From a virus: a stretch of DNA of 64,000 nucleotides. Below, one piece after another: positions 61,139-64,000 of this stretch; position 1 is the stretch's first letter, and every line of letters begins with the position of its first letter. The position numbers and the translations under genes were made by a program. The stretch lies in IMG/VR virus record IMGVR_UViG_3300023174_000078, positions 32,001 through 96,000 of that record. One strand, 5' to 3'. The notes beneath the pieces were generated by a model that was not told the origin of the DNA, made no database searches, and worked only from the letters and a program-made list of their open reading frames with translations.

Positions 61139-61879
61139 ATGATAACAAGTGTATACAGCGGAGGTCTAGGCAATCAGTTATTTCAAGTAGTAGCTGGTTA
61201 TTTTTTAGCAAAAGACAACAACGATGAGTACGGTATAAACCCGGATCTAAGTAAAGGCCTGGGGCAAGGAAGCGCTATCACCGCTTATACAGATTCGATA
61301 TTTAAAAATGTAAAGAAAACAAAGCACGCAGGATTAAATCTTTACACAGAACCGCAGTTTAACTACACGGCTATAGAATATTCAGAAGATTTATTATTAG
61401 AAGGCTACTTTCAATCTGAAAAATACTTCTTAAATAAGCGAGACGCGATAAACGAATTATTAGATTTCCGATGCGACGAAGCGCCGACAAATGTTTGTGT
61501 CATTCATGTAAGGACGGGTGATTATTTGAATCGCACAGAGTTTGATGTAGTTACACCTCGATATTTTCAAAATGCAATAAATTACGTTTTATCTATTAAT
61601 CCGGCTGTAGTATTTAAAGTTGTGGCTGACAACGATAGTCACGCGTTGAGATATATACCTTCGGATATCAAATATGAATTTGTTTCATCGGATGATGAGC
61701 TGCGAGACTTAAGAACTATTTCACAATGTGATTACTCTATAATCTCCAATAGCTCGTTTGCTTGGTGGGGTAGCTATTTAGGTAAAGGTAAAATGACACT
61801 AGCTCCCAGTACATGGTTTAATGTGAACTATAGTGTTGCGGATGTATATCGGAACGATATGATACAAATAGAAATATGA
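61139..61879 (+). CDS. GT11 alpha-1,2-fucosyltransferase-like protein
   Basis: GGLGNQLFQ, GYFQSEKYF, HVRTGDY, SNSSFAWW. Confidence 0.9.
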   Translation: MITSVYSGGLGNQLFQVVAGYFLAKDNNDEYGINPDLSKGLGQGSAITAYTDSIFKNVKKTKHAGLNLYTEPQFNYTAIEYSEDLLLEGYFQSEKYFLNKRDAINELLDFRCDEAPTNVCVIHVRTGDYLNRTEFDVVTPRYFQNAINYVLSINPAVVFKVVADNDSHALRYIPSDIKYEFVSSDDELRDLRTISQCDYSIISNSSFAWWGSYLGKGKMTLAPSTWFNVNYSVADVYRNDMIQIEI

Positions 61880-62493
61880 TATTTGATTTCAAACATCTAA
61901 TAACTAAATACAATATGAATTTACGTAATGTTATTCATATTGGCGGACATCACGGACATGAAGTGAAATTGTATAAAGAAATTAATCCTAATTGCACAGT
62001 TGAAATTTTTGAACCGCATCCTAATACGTTTTCGATAATGAAGAATAACGTGGCGTCATTCGCACAAATAAACTGTCATAATGTGGCATTAGGACCCCGG
62101 GAAACGGTTATGGAGCTTTACGTAGAAACGGATAATCAAGGACAGAGTAATTCCCTCTTAAAACCCAAATATCATGTTGAGCAGTATCCGTATATAAGAT
62201 TTCAAAATGTAATTGAAGTGCCGGTTAAAACATTAGATAGCTTCCAATTAGATGAAAGCTACAATTTTATATCAATTGATGTTCAAGGTTTTGAATTAGA
62301 GGTACTGAAAGGAGCAGTTTCTACGCTTAAAAATATAGAATATTTAATAGCCGAAGTTAACAATAAGGAGTTGTATGAAGGCTGTTGTTTGGTTGAAGAA
62401 TTGGATCAATTTTTAGAACAATTTAATTTACATCGTGTAGAAACAAATTGGGAGGGCGGAACCTGGGGAGACGGTTTTTATATAACGCAATGA
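61876..62493 (+). CDS. FkbM-family methyltransferase
   Basis: IHIGGHHG, FEPHP, IDVQGFELEVLKGA, WGDGFY. Confidence 0.9.
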   Translation: MIFDFKHLITKYNMNLRNVIHIGGHHGHEVKLYKEINPNCTVEIFEPHPNTFSIMKNNVASFAQINCHNVALGPRETVMELYVETDNQGQSNSLLKPKYHVEQYPYIRFQNVIEVPVKTLDSFQLDESYNFISIDVQGFELEVLKGAVSTLKNIEYLIAEVNNKELYEGCCLVEELDQFLEQFNLHRVETNWEGGTWGDGFYITQ

Positions 62494-62513
62494 AAATTTC
62501 GAGAGATAGTTTA
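62483..62513 (+). repeat. 31-bp direct repeat, right copy (overlaps the 5' end of the pseudo-tRNA)
   Basis: TAACGCAATGAAAATTTCGAGAGATAGTTTA. Confidence 0.9.
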
Positions 62514-62574
62514 AGTGGTCAGAACACGAGCAGACGTGCTGCAGGTCCAGGTTCGAGTCCTGGTCTCTCGACCA
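62500..62574 (+). pseudogene. tRNA-like gene without a canonical anticodon loop
   Basis: Acceptor CGAGAGA/TCTCTCG-ACCA; D arm; perfect T arm CCAGG-TTCGAGT-CCTGG; anticodon arm is AGCA-GACG-TGCT. Confidence 0.75.
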
Positions 62575-62760
62575 AATCTAAAACAAAGCTTTGGCAAAAA
62601 TTGCGAAAGCTCGACGCGTTATGCGCAAAGCATAAAGTTTTATACTTTAGCGACATCCCTTTTTGTATGTCGCTTAGGTCTTTAAGCAATACAGAAAAAC
62701 ACGAGCGCGCATTCGCTAAGTATGACAAACAAAGAAAAGATGTTCGACAGCAATTAAAGG

Positions 62761-63783
62761 CTATCGCAGCGCCATGCTCATGAGCATTTGTCGTTGTAAG
62801 TCTCTGTCTTGATTTTTTTGAATTAATGGATCGGCTTCGTAATCTCGAAGTGTAGCACCGCGAGGTAATCTACGCATAATTTCTTCGATATTAGAATTCT
62901 CTTGTGAACGCTTTAAATAAGCTATGAGTGCGGCTATACCGCCCACGCCTAAACCTCCAATTAGTGAGCCTGCTGTTTCATTACCTTTTAGCTTGCCTAT
63001 GGCTTTGCCCGCTAGAGCACCGCCAGCACCACCCAGCGCTCCTGCGGCTAACGCAGGCATCAAAGGGCTATACATGTTAGCTGCAGGCGAATCCGAATAG
63101 TTAGGGAAGAAAGTAGGTAGTAAAGCTCTCTTTCTTTTTTCGACAGCTTTAGCCTCATCCTCTCCCAGTTCCCGGCGAGGATTTTGACCCATAAACTGCT
63201 GAATATTCATGAGCTGTTTAGCCATCTCTGCTTCGTCGGCTTTTTTAACTGCGTCGGCTTTACCGGCGCTAATAGGACGGCAACTACCTTTAGACTTTGG
63301 CTTTTTACCGGGAACTGGTTCATAGCCTTTCCAGCAGCGTCCAGCCGCTTCCTTTTCGGATTCTTTAGTAACTTTCTTCCACTGCTTCGCGTCTGGAAAA
63401 TCAGCATCTCCGGGTTTAGCTGGAGTTTCTCCGCGTTCGCGTTTCGCATGAATATTCGCCCACAAACCCTTTCTTTTTGCGGCAGCTTCTTTTATTTCGC
63501 TCATGTCGAACGAGCACTTCCACTTACGAAGTGACTTGTTAATACGTGAATCAGGATCTCTGGCAGTTTCTGCGCTAGTCAGTTTAGCCTTCATACCTTT
63601 CATACGCGCGCAGAATGAATCTCTTCTGCTGCCACCTTCAGGTTGTGGACGTTTGAGATTTCCGCCTGTTTCTCTGTTGTAAGCCTTACGTCCAGCTTCG
63701 CTAAGTCCTCCTTCTGGATTTTTGTGTTTAGCTTTAAATTGAAAGTCTTCTTTTGCTCTCTTGTTGCTGGAAACTAGATTCAT
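62761..63783 (-). CDS. Modular virion-type protein with DUF6321-like domain
   Basis: KNPEGGL..RRDSFCARM..SRINKSLRKWKC, then GLWANIHAKR, CWKGYEPVPGK and Gly-zipper modules. Confidence 0.7.
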   Translation of the reverse strand: MNLVSSNKRAKEDFQFKAKHKNPEGGLSEAGRKAYNRETGGNLKRPQPEGGSRRDSFCARMKGMKAKLTSAETARDPDSRINKSLRKWKCSFDMSEIKEAAAKRKGLWANIHAKRERGETPAKPGDADFPDAKQWKKVTKESEKEAAGRCWKGYEPVPGKKPKSKGSCRPISAGKADAVKKADEAEMAKQLMNIQQFMGQNPRRELGEDEAKAVEKRKRALLPTFFPNYSDSPAANMYSPLMPALAAGALGGAGGALAGKAIGKLKGNETAGSLIGGLGVGGIAALIAYLKRSQENSNIEEIMRRLPRGATLRDYEADPLIQKNQDRDLQRQMLMSMALR

Positions 63784-63789
63784 AATTTA

Positions 63790-63826
63790 GCAAGCGGGTA
63801 TGTTTGTGTGTTATATAATAATGAGG
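63790..63826 (+). promoter_or_regulatory. Recurrent promoter-like motif, copy 6
   Basis: GCAA-N14-GTGTTATATAATAATGAG. Confidence 0.5.
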
Positions 63827-64000
63827 AGTTAAGCTTATTTCTTGCTAGTAAGAAGCTTAAACACTGTAGCCTTACTTTTATCTGTTGCTTCTTTAGTTTC
63901 TGAAGCAGCCTCGGCAGAAGAGGACTTACTAATACGTTGCTTGAGTTTGTATTGGCGTGTTTCTGAATCGTTGCACATAGCCTGCAGCAGGTCTTGTGTT

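Noticed and set aside
62448-62783. 111-aa plus-strand ORF across the pseudo-tRNA
   Set aside because: Runs through the FkbM end, the direct repeat and the tRNA-like gene; no motif support, though a shorter 3' ORF cannot be excluded
1-64000. Stop-codon reassignment (alternative genetic code)
   Set aside because: Long intact ORFs under the standard code; TAG, TGA and TAA all end genes at sensible boundaries; no canonical suppressor tRNA

Overview
A 64-kb segment of a large (jumbo/huge-type) tailed-phage genome using the standard genetic code. The host is probably Gram-negative, given the holin, amidase endolysin and Rz/Rz1-like spanins. About 1-16 kb is a core/virion block: two separate genes for pieces of a multisubunit RNA polymerase beta subunit (one with a LAGLIDADG intein), a probable portal with a second, Gln-terminated intein, MazG-like and DUF1064 genes, and Gly-rich virion-type proteins. 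About 16-47 kb is accessory: six tRNAs, a 171-nt tRNA-like RNA, many small ORFs, a sulfation/glycosylation cassette, a stand-alone GGQ release-factor domain, an HD hydrolase, a pyrimidine-dimer glycosylase and an AAA+ ATPase. About 47-64 kb holds the lysis genes, a Cys-rich protein and a glycan-modification cluster, whose last two genes are bracketed by a 31-bp direct repeat at a pseudo-tRNA. The standout feature is at 39305-41426: 11 overlapping micro-genes built from a 12-bp unit (TCTGTC plus two variable codons, giving S-V-x-x tetrapeptides). It lies just upstream of a DUF6745-like gene that lacks the tetrapeptide-repeat tract I recall in that family, plus that gene's usual partner. A second, diverged array of apparently related micro-genes lies at 30479-32982. 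All family names come from motif recognition by eye, not from database searches.
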